Virus record (IMG/VR): IMGVR_UViG_3300026302_000005
Span: 273,301 to 337,300 of that record
Source of the DNA: a virus
Lineage: Duplodnaviria; Heunggongvirae; Uroviricota; Caudoviricetes
Length of the DNA stretch: 64,000 nt
Reading direction: 5' to 3' (one strand)
Shown: in pieces, positions 27,805-37,475 of the stretch
How the letters are laid out: every line of letters starts with the position of its first letter
How positions within the stretch are numbered: position 1 is the first letter of the stretch
Made by a program: the position numbers and the translations under genes
The notes under the pieces: model-generated
The model's database searches: none
What the model saw: the letters and a program-made list of their open reading frames with translations, nothing else
What the model was told of the DNA's origin: nothing

Positions 27805-29004
27805 TTGCATAAATACATACGTGTTTCTGATAGAAGAGTCAACCCCATAATGCGCCTGTTACAACTCATTGAAGGGACTTCCGACTACATTGACAGGGCA
27901 AAGGATGCTCGTCGAAACATAAGTCTGGATTCCGTTGTTCAAAAAGCCTTGGATATGGCACAGACCGGTCAGTTTACAGAAGAGAGAACTAGGGCCATCA
28001 ATTTTGCTGCCGAAGTAATCCGATCCGGTAAACCCGCCGCTGTGGTGGGTAGAGAATGGGGCTATAAACCGCACAAATCGTTTAACCACAAACATATTGG
28101 ATTGCGACTGTTGATGCGGGCATATACGGTGCTTGGGGGCACACGATCTGGTGTTGATTTCCAATCCCTGATCGAAGCCCCTATTGGAGACTTTGGCACC
28201 ATCGGAGATTTCTCCGATCCCAACGCCTCGATCCCAAACGCTGCGGATCGTCGTGCTGTTACTGCTGAACCGATGATTCGTCGTATCAAGCTGGCTTGGG
28301 AAAAGACGCCATTTCTGTTCAACCTGTTTTTTGCCAACGTTCCCGGAGCCCAAAAGTGGGTAGAGCAGGGATATGTGAGTGCCGGAACTGTTCGATCCGA
28401 GTTTCCGGACATGGCCAGTCGTATCATGGCTGGAAAAGCAGACAAAGCAATCACTGTGGTATTCACCAACAACCTGGGGGATGCCGGGATCAGCTTTACC
28501 CCGTGGATCATGGCACACCGTATCAGCCACGCAATGGTGGTTCCCAACAATACGAATGATCCTCGGCAGGGTGTTCAGAACCGGGCATTCTACACGGGAT
28601 CGGAGAAACTATACACGTTCACCAACAGTCTGATCTATCAGATGTTCTCAAGGTCAACGGTTAGAGTGGGGTCTGATACCCATGAGCAGATATATCGGCA
28701 CATCTACGAATATATCGGCACCATGAAGTCTGCCAGATCGAAACTGCTGGCCCGACCAAATGAATTCTATCACGAACTGTTTGCCCAATACCTACTGAAT
28801 GGAGACATTACGTTCAATGCCTTCACTCCGGAATTTCTGCTGAACTTTGCGGAAGACTCGGGCACCGGGGAACAGCCCCATATCGAGCACCTCGATACCA
28901 TGCTGGGTGAAATGAATGAGACCCTTGCGGGTCTCAAACAGGAACTCCTGAACAGCTTTACGGCTGGGCTATCCCACGCTCAGGGCAAAGTCATCTTCAT
29001 GTGA
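27805..29004 (+). CDS. hypothetical protein (399 aa)
   Basis: Plus-strand ORF. Possible paralog of 25602..26744 with a degenerate H-motif (HRISH). Confidence 0.45.
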   Translation: MHKYIRVSDRRVNPIMRLLQLIEGTSDYIDRAKDARRNISLDSVVQKALDMAQTGQFTEERTRAINFAAEVIRSGKPAAVVGREWGYKPHKSFNHKHIGLRLLMRAYTVLGGTRSGVDFQSLIEAPIGDFGTIGDFSDPNASIPNAADRRAVTAEPMIRRIKLAWEKTPFLFNLFFANVPGAQKWVEQGYVSAGTVRSEFPDMASRIMAGKADKAITVVFTNNLGDAGISFTPWIMAHRISHAMVVPNNTNDPRQGVQNRAFYTGSEKLYTFTNSLIYQMFSRSTVRVGSDTHEQIYRHIYEYIGTMKSARSKLLARPNEFYHELFAQYLLNGDITFNAFTPEFLLNFAEDSGTGEQPHIEHLDTMLGEMNETLAGLKQELLNSFTAGLSHAQGKVIFM

Positions 29005-30112
29005 TCTGTTCCCATGGGTAGTCGTCATAGCCGAAATGCCCACGTGCAGCGGTCTGACGATAAAGGGGACGACGGAGATCGAACCGCTTGATGATGCCGG
29101 AGGGCGACAAGTCGATGGCGTAGTCTTCCAGGATTTCCCGGACCTCTTCCTCGTTCATACCATCCACATGCACCGAAACAGGCTTGGCAACACCGATGGC
29201 ATACCCAACTTGCACTTCGATGTCTCGCATACCATAGACGGCCTTGCAGAGCGTCTTTGCCACATGGCGGGCTGCATAGGCGGCAGATCGGTCAACCTTG
29301 GTCGGGTCTTTGCCAGAGAAAGCGCCACCACCGTGGCGAGCCATACCACCGTAGGTATCGATAATGATCTTCCGACCGGTCAAACCGGAGTCTGCAATTG
29401 GTCCACCAATCGTCCACGGCCCAGCCGGGTTGAGGAAGTATTTCGTATTCGGGGTGACCAGGTTCTGGTATGGCTCAAGCCCACGACGAACCACATCTTC
29501 CAGGTTCGAACGAATCAGACCATACATGCGTTCGGTAACATCGGTATGCACCGATGACAGAACCACGGTGTCGATCTCGATGGGCTCACCCGTATCGTTG
29601 TCATACCGTATCGTGACTTGTGACTTCGCATCCGGTCCCAGCGGGCCCTGACGACGATCCATCTTATGGGCATTGGTGATCGAGCGGGCCACCATCAACG
29701 GCAACGGCATCATCTCGGGCGTATCGTTGCAGGCATACCCGAACATCAGGCCCTGATCACCGGCACCCAGGTTCTCACCATCAGCGGTAACACTGTCACC
29801 GATCTCCCGGGACTGCTCCGTGATGTTGTGAATCTGCTTGACCTTCCACGGATCAAACCCCCATTGAGGATCATCATATCCAATGGCCGTCAGCGTATCT
29901 CGGACGATCTTGCTGATGTCGAGTTCTGCATTGGTGGTCAGTTCCCCGAACACCATAACAGTATCGCCTTTGACAGCAGATTCGATGGCAACACGGCTCA
30001 TCGGGTCCTGACGAAGGCATTCATCAAGAACGGCATCGCTGATCTGGTCACAGACCTTATCAGGGTGGCCATCAGCCACACTCTCCGACGTGAATAGGTA
30101 GGAACCTTTCAT
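28997..30112 (-). CDS. metK: S-adenosylmethionine synthetase
   Basis: N-terminus MKGSYLFTSESVADGHPDKVCDQISDAVLD and GGGAFSGKDPTKVDRSAAYAARHVAK are diagnostic of MetK. Confidence 0.9.
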   Translation of the reverse strand: MKGSYLFTSESVADGHPDKVCDQISDAVLDECLRQDPMSRVAIESAVKGDTVMVFGELTTNAELDISKIVRDTLTAIGYDDPQWGFDPWKVKQIHNITEQSREIGDSVTADGENLGAGDQGLMFGYACNDTPEMMPLPLMVARSITNAHKMDRRQGPLGPDAKSQVTIRYDNDTGEPIEIDTVVLSSVHTDVTERMYGLIRSNLEDVVRRGLEPYQNLVTPNTKYFLNPAGPWTIGGPIADSGLTGRKIIIDTYGGMARHGGGAFSGKDPTKVDRSAAYAARHVAKTLCKAVYGMRDIEVQVGYAIGVAKPVSVHVDGMNEEEVREILEDYAIDLSPSGIIKRFDLRRPLYRQTAARGHFGYDDYPWEQIT

Positions 30113-30459
30113 AGATACTCCTGATAGTGATATTGCAGATGAACCAGAGATATGGGGACTGATCCAAGATTTTCAACCACCCGGGACGTCATTCGATCCA
30201 GAAATTTGATGAACCGTGGGCACCCCAGCAGCCCAGGTCCGGTGAGATGGTTGAACCGGAATGGATCGGCTGGATCGATGGTCTTAGCCTGCTCGATTCG
30301 TCGTATCCATCGAGCACCATAGGTCTTACGAACATACTGCCGAACCACGGCAAGCTTGTTAAGGCTCAACCGATTCAAACCAATGCTATCGTTTCCGACT
30401 AGCATGAGTTCCGCTCTGGTTGGATGTAAGGCTGGGTATTGAAGTGCTTCTAGATTCAT
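30109..30459 (-). CDS. hypothetical protein
   Basis: ORF. Confidence 0.35.
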   Translation of the reverse strand: MNLEALQYPALHPTRAELMLVGNDSIGLNRLSLNKLAVVRQYVRKTYGARWIRRIEQAKTIDPADPFRFNHLTGPGLLGCPRFIKFLDRMTSRVVENLGSVPISLVHLQYHYQEYL

Positions 30460-30490
30460 ACGAATCAGTTAGTATACCTGAATATGGATG

Positions 30491-31051
30491 TCAAGTCGAT
30501 TTTGTTGCAGGTCGTGGACGAGATGCGTTTTTACCAATCGTGCTGGAATCATCCGGATCAGATGGAGAAAACACGTAAGGCTTTTTATGCAGCCGTGAGT
30601 TGCCACCGGCATCCGCCATCTTCTTGGAGTTGAATGACACAGAGTCCAGACCCCAATCGTCAACGCTACCATCCTGGTTGATCATGGTGATTTTTTCACC
30701 ATCACTGAACACGATGGCTTTCTGATCATACGCCTTCATCAGCTTGATGCCCATCTCACGAAACCGGTCAAGAGCATCCGGGGGTAGATGTTTGGCTCGG
30801 GGGAAGATCAGCAGCGATTGTTCCGGAATGCCATCCCATTCCCCCGTTTGGCGAATGTATCCGACCGGTAGCTTAGACAGGTCGGTCTTCATGCACTGCA
30901 AGGCCAGTTTGTTCTGGGAGGTGCTACGGTATTCACGCTCCGGGCTAATCGCAATGAAGGGGGTTCCATCAACGACATGGGTGACGATTCGGGACAATCC
31001 TGCCCGCTCTTCAATCCCTGCCAGTCGTTTGATTTCAGCAATGTAATCCAT
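30491..31051 (-). CDS. hypothetical protein (186 aa)
   Basis: ATG at 31051 with an AGGAGAA RBS. Confidence 0.45.
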   Translation of the reverse strand: MDYIAEIKRLAGIEERAGLSRIVTHVVDGTPFIAISPEREYRSTSQNKLALQCMKTDLSKLPVGYIRQTGEWDGIPEQSLLIFPRAKHLPPDALDRFREMGIKLMKAYDQKAIVFSDGEKITMINQDGSVDDWGLDSVSFNSKKMADAGGNSRLHKKPYVFSPSDPDDSSTIGKNASRPRPATKST

Positions 31052-31076
31052 AGTGGTTCTCCTATGGATATTTATG

Positions 31077-31105
31077 GAAAAGGGGCCCCAGTGGGGCCCC
31101 TTCTG
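31077..31105. terminator. GC-rich perfect hairpin (AGGGGCCCC-AGT-GGGGCCCCT) downstream of the flotillin gene
   Basis: Inverted repeat with T-rich flanks. Confidence 0.5.
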
Positions 31106-31124
31106 ATTATCACTGGTGGGAGGA

Positions 31125-32849
31125 TTACTTCCCGGTCTTGCGGTCACCCATCGGTGCGCCACGCGGGTCTTGGGCCGGGGCGGGCTTTGCGGTGTTCAGT
31201 TTGCGCAGGAAGTCACTGTCGGCCAGGTCGATGGCCGTATCCAGCGGATCACGTGCGGTCTTCGGCGTCGAGATGCCGTCGAGAACCCCATTCAGCCCCT
31301 CGCTGATGTTGACCCCGGCCTGTTGACCAAGAGCTTGAACCAGCGGGAGTTGCAGGCCCATGCTGAGGATCGCGTCTGCGACTTGACCAGCAGCACCACC
31401 ACCGTTGCCAGTGGATTCGCCACCACCGATGTTTCCGCCGCCCATGCCGGTAACGTTGGTCAGGGTGATGCGGTCGATGTTCTGGGCAGGAGCCACCATT
31501 TCGGCGATGATCGCGGGCAGAGCTTCGAGGCGAGCCAGTTGCAGCTTCATCTCGATGATTTCCCCGGTCAGGGCGTTTTCGGCGGCGACCAGTGCGGTCT
31601 TACCTTCGGCTTCGGCCAGGGAGATGGCCAGGGAGCCTTCGGCTTCGGCCTTCTGGGCATCAGCTTTCGCCTTTGCACCGATCAGCACTGCATCAGCGTC
31701 GGCCTGGGCTTTGGTCAGCACCGCAGCAGCCGTATCTTCGGCAGCAGCACGTTGGGTTGCAGCAGCCACACGGGTAGCAGTTGCGGTCTTCTCGGCTTCC
31801 TGTTCGGCCTGGATGATCGCGATCTTCTTGTTACGGTCGGCCACGGCGACTTCACCAGCAGTCTTGACGGCTTCTGAGGCGGAGACCGCTTCGGCACGAG
31901 CAAGGTCGGCTTTGGCACGAGCTTCGGATTCCGCCATGGACTTCTCGTTGACCGCGATCTTACGATCTTGTTCAGCGATTTCCAGGGCCTGCTCTTGGGC
32001 GATACGTGCAGCCTCTTCGCGGCGAGTTGCTTCGGATTGGGCAACAGCGATTGCGGCCTTCGATTCAGCCGTCGCAGTGGACACGGCTTGCTCTTGGGCG
32101 ATCTTCGCTTCTTCCGTCTTCTTCTTGATGGCCAGTTCTTCAAGAACCGCAGTCTGCTCGGTCGTGGCAACCTGCACACGAGCTTCCGATGCGATCTGGG
32201 CGCGTTTCTTTTCGGAGTCAGCCACGACCTGGGCCAGCTTCTGCATACCAACGGCGTTGAAGGCGTTGTTGGCATCCATCTTGTTGAACGGGGTCTGGTC
32301 CAGCATGGTCAGCGATACCGATTCCAGTTCCAGGCCGTTCTGCACGAGGTCTTTGTCCACGGCATCCTGCACCTTTTGGACGAATTCCGCCCGCTTCTCG
32401 TGCAGTTCATCCATGGTCATCTGGGCACCGACCGAACGCAGGGCGTCAACCAGCTTGTCTTCGACCAGCGAACGCAGAGCCTGCGGATCGGACGTCGAGT
32501 TGCCAAGGGTCTTTGCAGCCTGGGTGATGCCTTCTTCATCCGGTTTGACACGGACGTAGAACTTGGTGCCCACATCGACACGCATACGGTCGGCGGTGAT
32601 CAGGGCTTCGGCACCAGAGCGAATGATCTCCAGACCGAGGGTCTTCATGTTGACCCAGGTCAGTTCGTGCATCATCGGGATGATGAGTGCGCCACCGTTC
32701 TGGATGACTTTCTTGCCACCAGCACCGGTGCGGATCATGGCCCGCTCGGGGGTGGTGCGCTTGTAGAGCCGAGCGATGATGAAACCGAAGATGACGATGG
32801 TCACCAGGGCAATCACTGCCGGAACTCCGAGGGTTAGAAGCGTGTTCAT
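31125..32849 (-). CDS. flotillin / SPFH (band 7) family protein, YqiK-like
   Basis: N-terminal TM helix, SPFH domain (IIPMMHELTWVNMKTLGLEI...), long Ala/Glu-rich coiled coil. Confidence 0.75.
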   Translation of the reverse strand: MNTLLTLGVPAVIALVTIVIFGFIIARLYKRTTPERAMIRTGAGGKKVIQNGGALIIPMMHELTWVNMKTLGLEIIRSGAEALITADRMRVDVGTKFYVRVKPDEEGITQAAKTLGNSTSDPQALRSLVEDKLVDALRSVGAQMTMDELHEKRAEFVQKVQDAVDKDLVQNGLELESVSLTMLDQTPFNKMDANNAFNAVGMQKLAQVVADSEKKRAQIASEARVQVATTEQTAVLEELAIKKKTEEAKIAQEQAVSTATAESKAAIAVAQSEATRREEAARIAQEQALEIAEQDRKIAVNEKSMAESEARAKADLARAEAVSASEAVKTAGEVAVADRNKKIAIIQAEQEAEKTATATRVAAATQRAAAEDTAAAVLTKAQADADAVLIGAKAKADAQKAEAEGSLAISLAEAEGKTALVAAENALTGEIIEMKLQLARLEALPAIIAEMVAPAQNIDRITLTNVTGMGGGNIGGGESTGNGGGAAGQVADAILSMGLQLPLVQALGQQAGVNISEGLNGVLDGISTPKTARDPLDTAIDLADSDFLRKLNTAKPAPAQDPRGAPMGDRKTGK

Positions 32850-32873
32850 GTGAGTTGTAGCTCCACTAGAAGG

Positions 32874-33632
32874 TTACGATTGAAGGCGAGATTGGGCGGT
32901 ATCAAGGCGAAGAGCCTCATAGACCGGCCCCGGTCCACGAAGAACCAGAACGTCGGTTCCTTGTGGTAGTTCAGGCTCCCCAGCATACGGGATCACCCGG
33001 ATGTTGTGGAGGTTTCCATGCCGGTCGCGGACATCGGCACGAGCAGGAAGATCAACACGGGCAGTGCCAATGGCAATCTTTCCGACCGAGCCACCGAGCG
33101 AGCGGCGTGATATGATATCGGTGGTGGTCTTGGGGATCAGACTGGCGAATGCACGACTGATCCACTTGGTGCCGATCAGGGCCGGGACAAACGCCGCAGC
33201 CGATGCGATCCATCCGAACAGCATGAACCCGAGCAGGCTTTGCAGAACGAACTGACCCAGGAAGCCGACGATGGAAAAGCTTGCAGCAAATCCGATCAGC
33301 CACACCATCAGCGGGACCGAACCGATTTCAAACCATTTGAGAACAGATTCGAGGGCTGACACATCGCCAACATCTGCGACATTCGCATCTGCATCAGCAC
33401 CACCCATGTCGAAGGCAATACGAATGTCCCCTTCGACATCGGCCACGTTGACATCGATTTCCGGGTCCAGGTCGATGTCAGCATCACTGTCACCACCGAG
33501 AATAGAGAACCCCGTGGTGATCGACATGATCACTTCCAACACCAGCACAGCCAGCAGGAGAGCCGCCGCAATGCCGAATGGATAGAGCGGGCCACCAGAG
33601 GTAAAGAGCAGTTCCATAGAGAGTTGTCCCAT
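32874..33632 (-). CDS. NfeD-like / YqiJ-like membrane protein (partner of flotillin)
   Basis: Multi-TM N-terminal region plus a C-terminal OB-like segment (GTDVLVLRGPGPVYEAL), located immediately upstream of the flotillin gene. Confidence 0.55.
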   Translation of the reverse strand: MGQLSMELLFTSGGPLYPFGIAAALLLAVLVLEVIMSITTGFSILGGDSDADIDLDPEIDVNVADVEGDIRIAFDMGGADADANVADVGDVSALESVLKWFEIGSVPLMVWLIGFAASFSIVGFLGQFVLQSLLGFMLFGWIASAAAFVPALIGTKWISRAFASLIPKTTTDIISRRSLGGSVGKIAIGTARVDLPARADVRDRHGNLHNIRVIPYAGEPELPQGTDVLVLRGPGPVYEALRLDTAQSRLQS

Positions 33633-33651
33633 CGTTGTCCCTCGTTTCGAA

Positions 33652-34152
33652 TCAGGTTGGGTTGCTTATCGCATGTGGTTCAGCATTCGTCAATGGCAAG
33701 TCGTAGACCACTACATGACGATCTTTCATTGCGAACTCAATGATCTGGGAGATAGTTTTCCAATCACCCCCACCCAGGGACGATCCGATCCGAGGAATCG
33801 CCACAACCGGGATGTCATGATAGTCGTCATCGATATTCTCTGTGATCCAGTCGTAGACTTGAACAAAGATCGATTCGATTCCCTGGTAGCTCACATACTG
33901 TTTGCCATCACGACCGAACCACTCCTGGGACACCGCATTGGCGATGAACTTCCCCTTGGTTGGCACCCAGACGATCTGCCCGACACGGAGACCGGATAGC
34001 TCGTATGCGGCCCGATATCCGGCATATGCTTCGGGGTAGACTTCACGAATGGCCTTCGCCACCCCCGAGCCCATCACGCCCTGAGCGTTGCAGCCGTGAA
34101 GGATGATGGGTTCATCAGCGACCATGAGATCGCCCGTTTTGTAGATCAACAC
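33652..34152 (-). CDS. macro-domain protein (ADP-ribose binding / O-acetyl-ADP-ribose deacetylase-like)
   Basis: Motif ILHGCNAQGVMGSGVAKAI. The probable start is a TTG at 34152. Confidence 0.65.
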   Translation of the reverse strand: MLIYKTGDLMVADEPIILHGCNAQGVMGSGVAKAIREVYPEAYAGYRAAYELSGLRVGQIVWVPTKGKFIANAVSQEWFGRDGKQYVSYQGIESIFVQVYDWITENIDDDYHDIPVVAIPRIGSSLGGGDWKTISQIIEFAMKDRHVVVYDLPLTNAEPHAISNPT

Positions 34153-34260
34153 TGTGGGAGTTCCTGAAATGGTAAGGGCCTACGCTTTCACGTAAGCCCC
34201 CTGTTGTGTCTGGTATTCTGTAACAGACAATTTAGGCAGGGGAGCCCGAATTGTCAAGGG

Positions 34261-34776
34261 TCAGAGACCCAATTTTCGCAAGGCCACCGGTGTCAGAGCA
34301 GAAATCATGTCGGCACCCAGTTGTTCCGCCGTGGGGGTCTTCCCTTCGGATATCAGCTTGGCTGATTTGCTGGTTGCGGCCACGTAGATGCCCTCGATTG
34401 GTCCACCCACGTAGGACATAGCGTCCATCACGTAATCTTCTCGGGACGGCATTGCACCCCGCAGCACGGCCTGTGCGGTCTTCGGGATCAGGATCGCATA
34501 CAGCATGTTGGCCGCAGCAATGCTGTCGATCTCAATCTGAACACCCTGAACAGTGATCGTGGCACCATTCACAAATCGTGCAGCCAGGTTGAACCCACCA
34601 TCGATGATGTTGTTGGCTGTTTGGATCGGGCTGGTGACAGCCGACACCCCGGCCCGAGCAACCATACCGGCACCCCCAACAGCCGCACCCACGGCGGTGT
34701 CCACGGTATCAGCGGCAAACCCGGTCAATCCAGTCGGGTCAAGATCAGTGATCGATTTGAATAGGCTTCCAAACAT
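34261..34776 (-). CDS. hypothetical Ala/Gly-rich protein
   Basis: ORF. Confidence 0.4.
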   Translation of the reverse strand: MFGSLFKSITDLDPTGLTGFAADTVDTAVGAAVGGAGMVARAGVSAVTSPIQTANNIIDGGFNLAARFVNGATITVQGVQIEIDSIAAANMLYAILIPKTAQAVLRGAMPSREDYVMDAMSYVGGPIEGIYVAATSKSAKLISEGKTPTAEQLGADMISALTPVALRKLGL

Positions 34777-34790
34777 GATGTATCCTTCGG

Positions 34791-34994
34791 TCAGATTGCG
34801 GGTTCAAGGCGTTGTGCGCCACAGGTCAGTGCGAAATACGCTTCCGCACCAGTGGTGTCGTGGACAACATCGACCCGGTTCGTTCCGTTGCAGGTTTTCA
34901 CCGTCACAGTTTCTCCAAGTTTGGCAAAACCCGGGGCTCCCATTCCGGTAATCCGTAGTTTGTCACCAACCTTGGTCTCAGAAAACTTGATCAT
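34791..34994 (-). CDS. small hypothetical protein
   Basis: ORF. Confidence 0.3.
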   Translation of the reverse strand: MIKFSETKVGDKLRITGMGAPGFAKLGETVTVKTCNGTNRVDVVHDTTGAEAYFALTCGAQRLEPAI

Positions 34995-35218
34995 CCATGG
35001 ACCCCTTCGTCATGATCGTGTCCACAATGCTCGCAATTATGCGTTTCTTTTTCGAAAGCGTCAAGCGCAATCTGATTGAGATTACCAATAATCTCAGCCA
35101 GATTCAACACGAGGATGCGAATGCGATCCAATTGCAGGCGAAGCTGCGTCTCAGCGACCTCGCCATACAAGGTTTCCAGGAGGTCTGTTGCTTCTTTGGC
35201 CAGTGGGTGTGATGCCAT
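34991..35218 (-). CDS. small protein with a C-terminal Cys/His metal-binding tail (CEHCGHDHDEGVHG)
   Basis: ORF. Confidence 0.3.
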   Translation of the reverse strand: MASHPLAKEATDLLETLYGEVAETQLRLQLDRIRILVLNLAEIIGNLNQIALDAFEKETHNCEHCGHDHDEGVHG

Positions 35219-35219
35219 G

Positions 35220-36194
35220 CTAGATGCCCTTTTTGATAAGCCGCTCGAACTCTCGAAGCCGCTTGTAAACGGAGATCAATTCGACAATCGTCGGCCACGA
35301 TTTCACCAGAAACTGCAAGCTGGTTTCGACCCGACCGAATGCACGAACGATCTGTTGAACCACACCCAGTGTAACCAGTCCACCGGCGATGGTAGGTGCC
35401 AGAGCCAGATATGGGACGATCACCATACCTTGGAAGTATGACCAACGAAACATGTTGAAATACATGTAGTGGAAGTAGGATCGGTAGTGAACCTTGCGGA
35501 CACGATCATATAGGTCCGTTAGCACGGGTTTGTCGATCATGATGGGATCATTCTCGGCCAACACCAGCCGCTTTCGATATGCAGCCTCTTCCTTTTGAAT
35601 GTCATACTCGATGCCAGGGAGCTTATAGCCCACGATGGCCAGCGCAATGGTGCCACCCAGTGCTGCAATGATCGCCACCCACACCAGACCGTGGGATACC
35701 TCTCCCACCCATGGAAGCATGGTAACGCTCTTGGACAATTCCCATAGAATCGGGACGAAGGCCACAAGGGTCAGGATGGCATCCAACAGACCAACACCCA
35801 GGCTTTCCATGATCCTGGCAAACTTCAAGGTGTCTTCCTGAACTCGCTGCGATGCCCCCTCGATGGTTCGAGCTTTCCCGTAGTGTTCGTGGTAGTATTC
35901 GGTCATACTGGTGCGCCACCGGAAAATCCAGTGGGACGTGAAGAAGTCTTTGGCAACCGAGATGACCACCCATAGCCCAGCTATACCAGCGAATGTGAAC
36001 AGCAAACTGATGAACTCGGCTTCGGTAACCGATCCAGGTTCAGTCAGAGCCTTCTGTAGGACGTCGTAGAAGGAACCAAACCACTCGTTGATCTGGACGT
36101 CAAGCTGAACCATCCACCAGGATGCGATGATGATCACCCCAGTCCCCATGATACTCCAGGGTAGCCACTTACGGGTATAGAAAAATCTGAACAT
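35220..36194 (-). CDS. sbmA: SbmA/BacA-family inner-membrane peptide transporter homolog
   Basis: Blocks RWRTSMTEYY, EGASQRVQEDTLKFA, AAYRKRLV and FHYMYFN match E. coli SbmA (recalled from memory). Confidence 0.65.
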   Translation of the reverse strand: MFRFFYTRKWLPWSIMGTGVIIIASWWMVQLDVQINEWFGSFYDVLQKALTEPGSVTEAEFISLLFTFAGIAGLWVVISVAKDFFTSHWIFRWRTSMTEYYHEHYGKARTIEGASQRVQEDTLKFARIMESLGVGLLDAILTLVAFVPILWELSKSVTMLPWVGEVSHGLVWVAIIAALGGTIALAIVGYKLPGIEYDIQKEEAAYRKRLVLAENDPIMIDKPVLTDLYDRVRKVHYRSYFHYMYFNMFRWSYFQGMVIVPYLALAPTIAGGLVTLGVVQQIVRAFGRVETSLQFLVKSWPTIVELISVYKRLREFERLIKKGI

Positions 36195-36253
36195 GGTGAA
36201 GCTCCAATGAGGATACTGTCACATATAATCATGGGGGGATCGGATGTAAAGGG

Positions 36254-36796
36254 TCAGGTGTTCCGGTCGTAGTGACTGGCCCTGACTTGCTCAGGTCGAA
36301 TGACTATCGCCGCTTTTGGGAGATGAATCAGGACCTCATGTTCTACAATCCCAGACATGATATCACCCTCGCTGTCGTCATGATACTCAGCGGGTAGGTC
36401 TGGGAAGTAGAACAACACGTTCGCGGCTGGAAAATGCGATTCTATGATGATCGTTGGTAGACCATCACCTATGGTGTCGCCATAGAAATACTCCACCATG
36501 TCTTCATTGGTAGACCACGATGACACCAACCCGGTTTCATACCGGATTGGGCGTTTCTGTTCGATCAGTGTCACCCAATCCTGCTCGGGTATCGCAGTAG
36601 AACGGTATACCGTTCCTATTGAGGTCCGGACCATGCTTTTCAGTTCAGGGGCATGCTGTAGTAGAAAGTCTGTCAGAAACTTTTTGGTTCCGTCCACCCT
36701 AGCAGATGGTCGCATGGTGGACCACCTATGCAGCATATTGAGAAGATCACTTTGTGATTCCCAATCTACCCGCTCTACCAGATCACGAAGTTTCAT
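36254..36796 (-). CDS. hypothetical protein
   Basis: ORF. Confidence 0.4.
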   Translation of the reverse strand: MKLRDLVERVDWESQSDLLNMLHRWSTMRPSARVDGTKKFLTDFLLQHAPELKSMVRTSIGTVYRSTAIPEQDWVTLIEQKRPIRYETGLVSSWSTNEDMVEYFYGDTIGDGLPTIIIESHFPAANVLFYFPDLPAEYHDDSEGDIMSGIVEHEVLIHLPKAAIVIRPEQVRASHYDRNT

Positions 36797-37475
36797 TCCA
36801 CAACTCGTCCATGAAGCCTTTCATGTATTTACTGGCCGTCATGGTGCGGTTCGTGCCATGATGCTGAACTCGATCATCTTGGAATCGAATCGTCACAGTC
36901 TTATCACCACGCATTCCCGAGCCGACCTGAGCCTTGCGATCCGCAGCCATGTCCGCGTGTTGTGCGCCCTCTGCCATGCCATCCAGGCGGGCTTCCAGGG
37001 CCTCACGAGCCTCACGATAGCTGGTATCACGGGAACGGGTCTGACGGGCCTCCAGGAGCCCCGTGGGGACGTGTGTGAGCCTACAACTGTTCTGGTGCTT
37101 GTTCCGGTGTTGTCCACCAGCACCGGAGCCGCTGAACCATTCAACCTGGAAGTCAGAATCTTCGCGACAAAGATATGCGGGGTCAACCTGGCGATCTGGG
37201 TCAAGAACAGCAACGATGACCGTGCTGGTATGGACGCGACCGCGACGTTCGGTTGGGGGAACTCGTTGGATGCGATGGCCACCGGCAGCATACTCCAACC
37301 CAGATAGATCATCACCGATTACGGTAATCCGGATTCCGTGCTGGCCGTTATCCTCGGTTAGGTGTAGTCACCCATAGCGCACCGCCATGCGGCGATAGGC
37401 TTGTGCAAGGTCCTGCACAAACAGTTGGCTGTCTTTTCCACCTTCGGCGGATTTGATCTCAATGATCTTTTTCAT
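36783..37475 (-). CDS. prfH: RF-H (PrfH)-like peptide chain release factor homolog lacking RF domain 1; in-frame TGA at codon 36 (37368..37370) aligned to a conserved Trp of RF1
   Basis: GGQ motif (SGSGAGGQHRNK). PxT-type motif (GGHRIQRVPPTE). The upstream segment MKKIIEIKSAEGGKDSQLFVQDLAQAYRRMAVRYG-[TGA]-LHLTEDNGQHG aligns with RF1 [34 protein letters not shown]. RBS GGAGA upstream of ATG 37475. Confidence 0.6.

Noticed and set aside
31405-32559. 384-aa plus-strand ORF rich in Ala/Ser
   Set aside because: Antisense to the flotillin gene and low-complexity. It is the mirror image of the Ala/Glu-rich coiled coil.
36893-37315. 140-aa ORF overlapping the RF-like gene in another frame
   Set aside because: No motifs. 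The overlapping frame carries strong RF homology that continues upstream, so this one is spurious.
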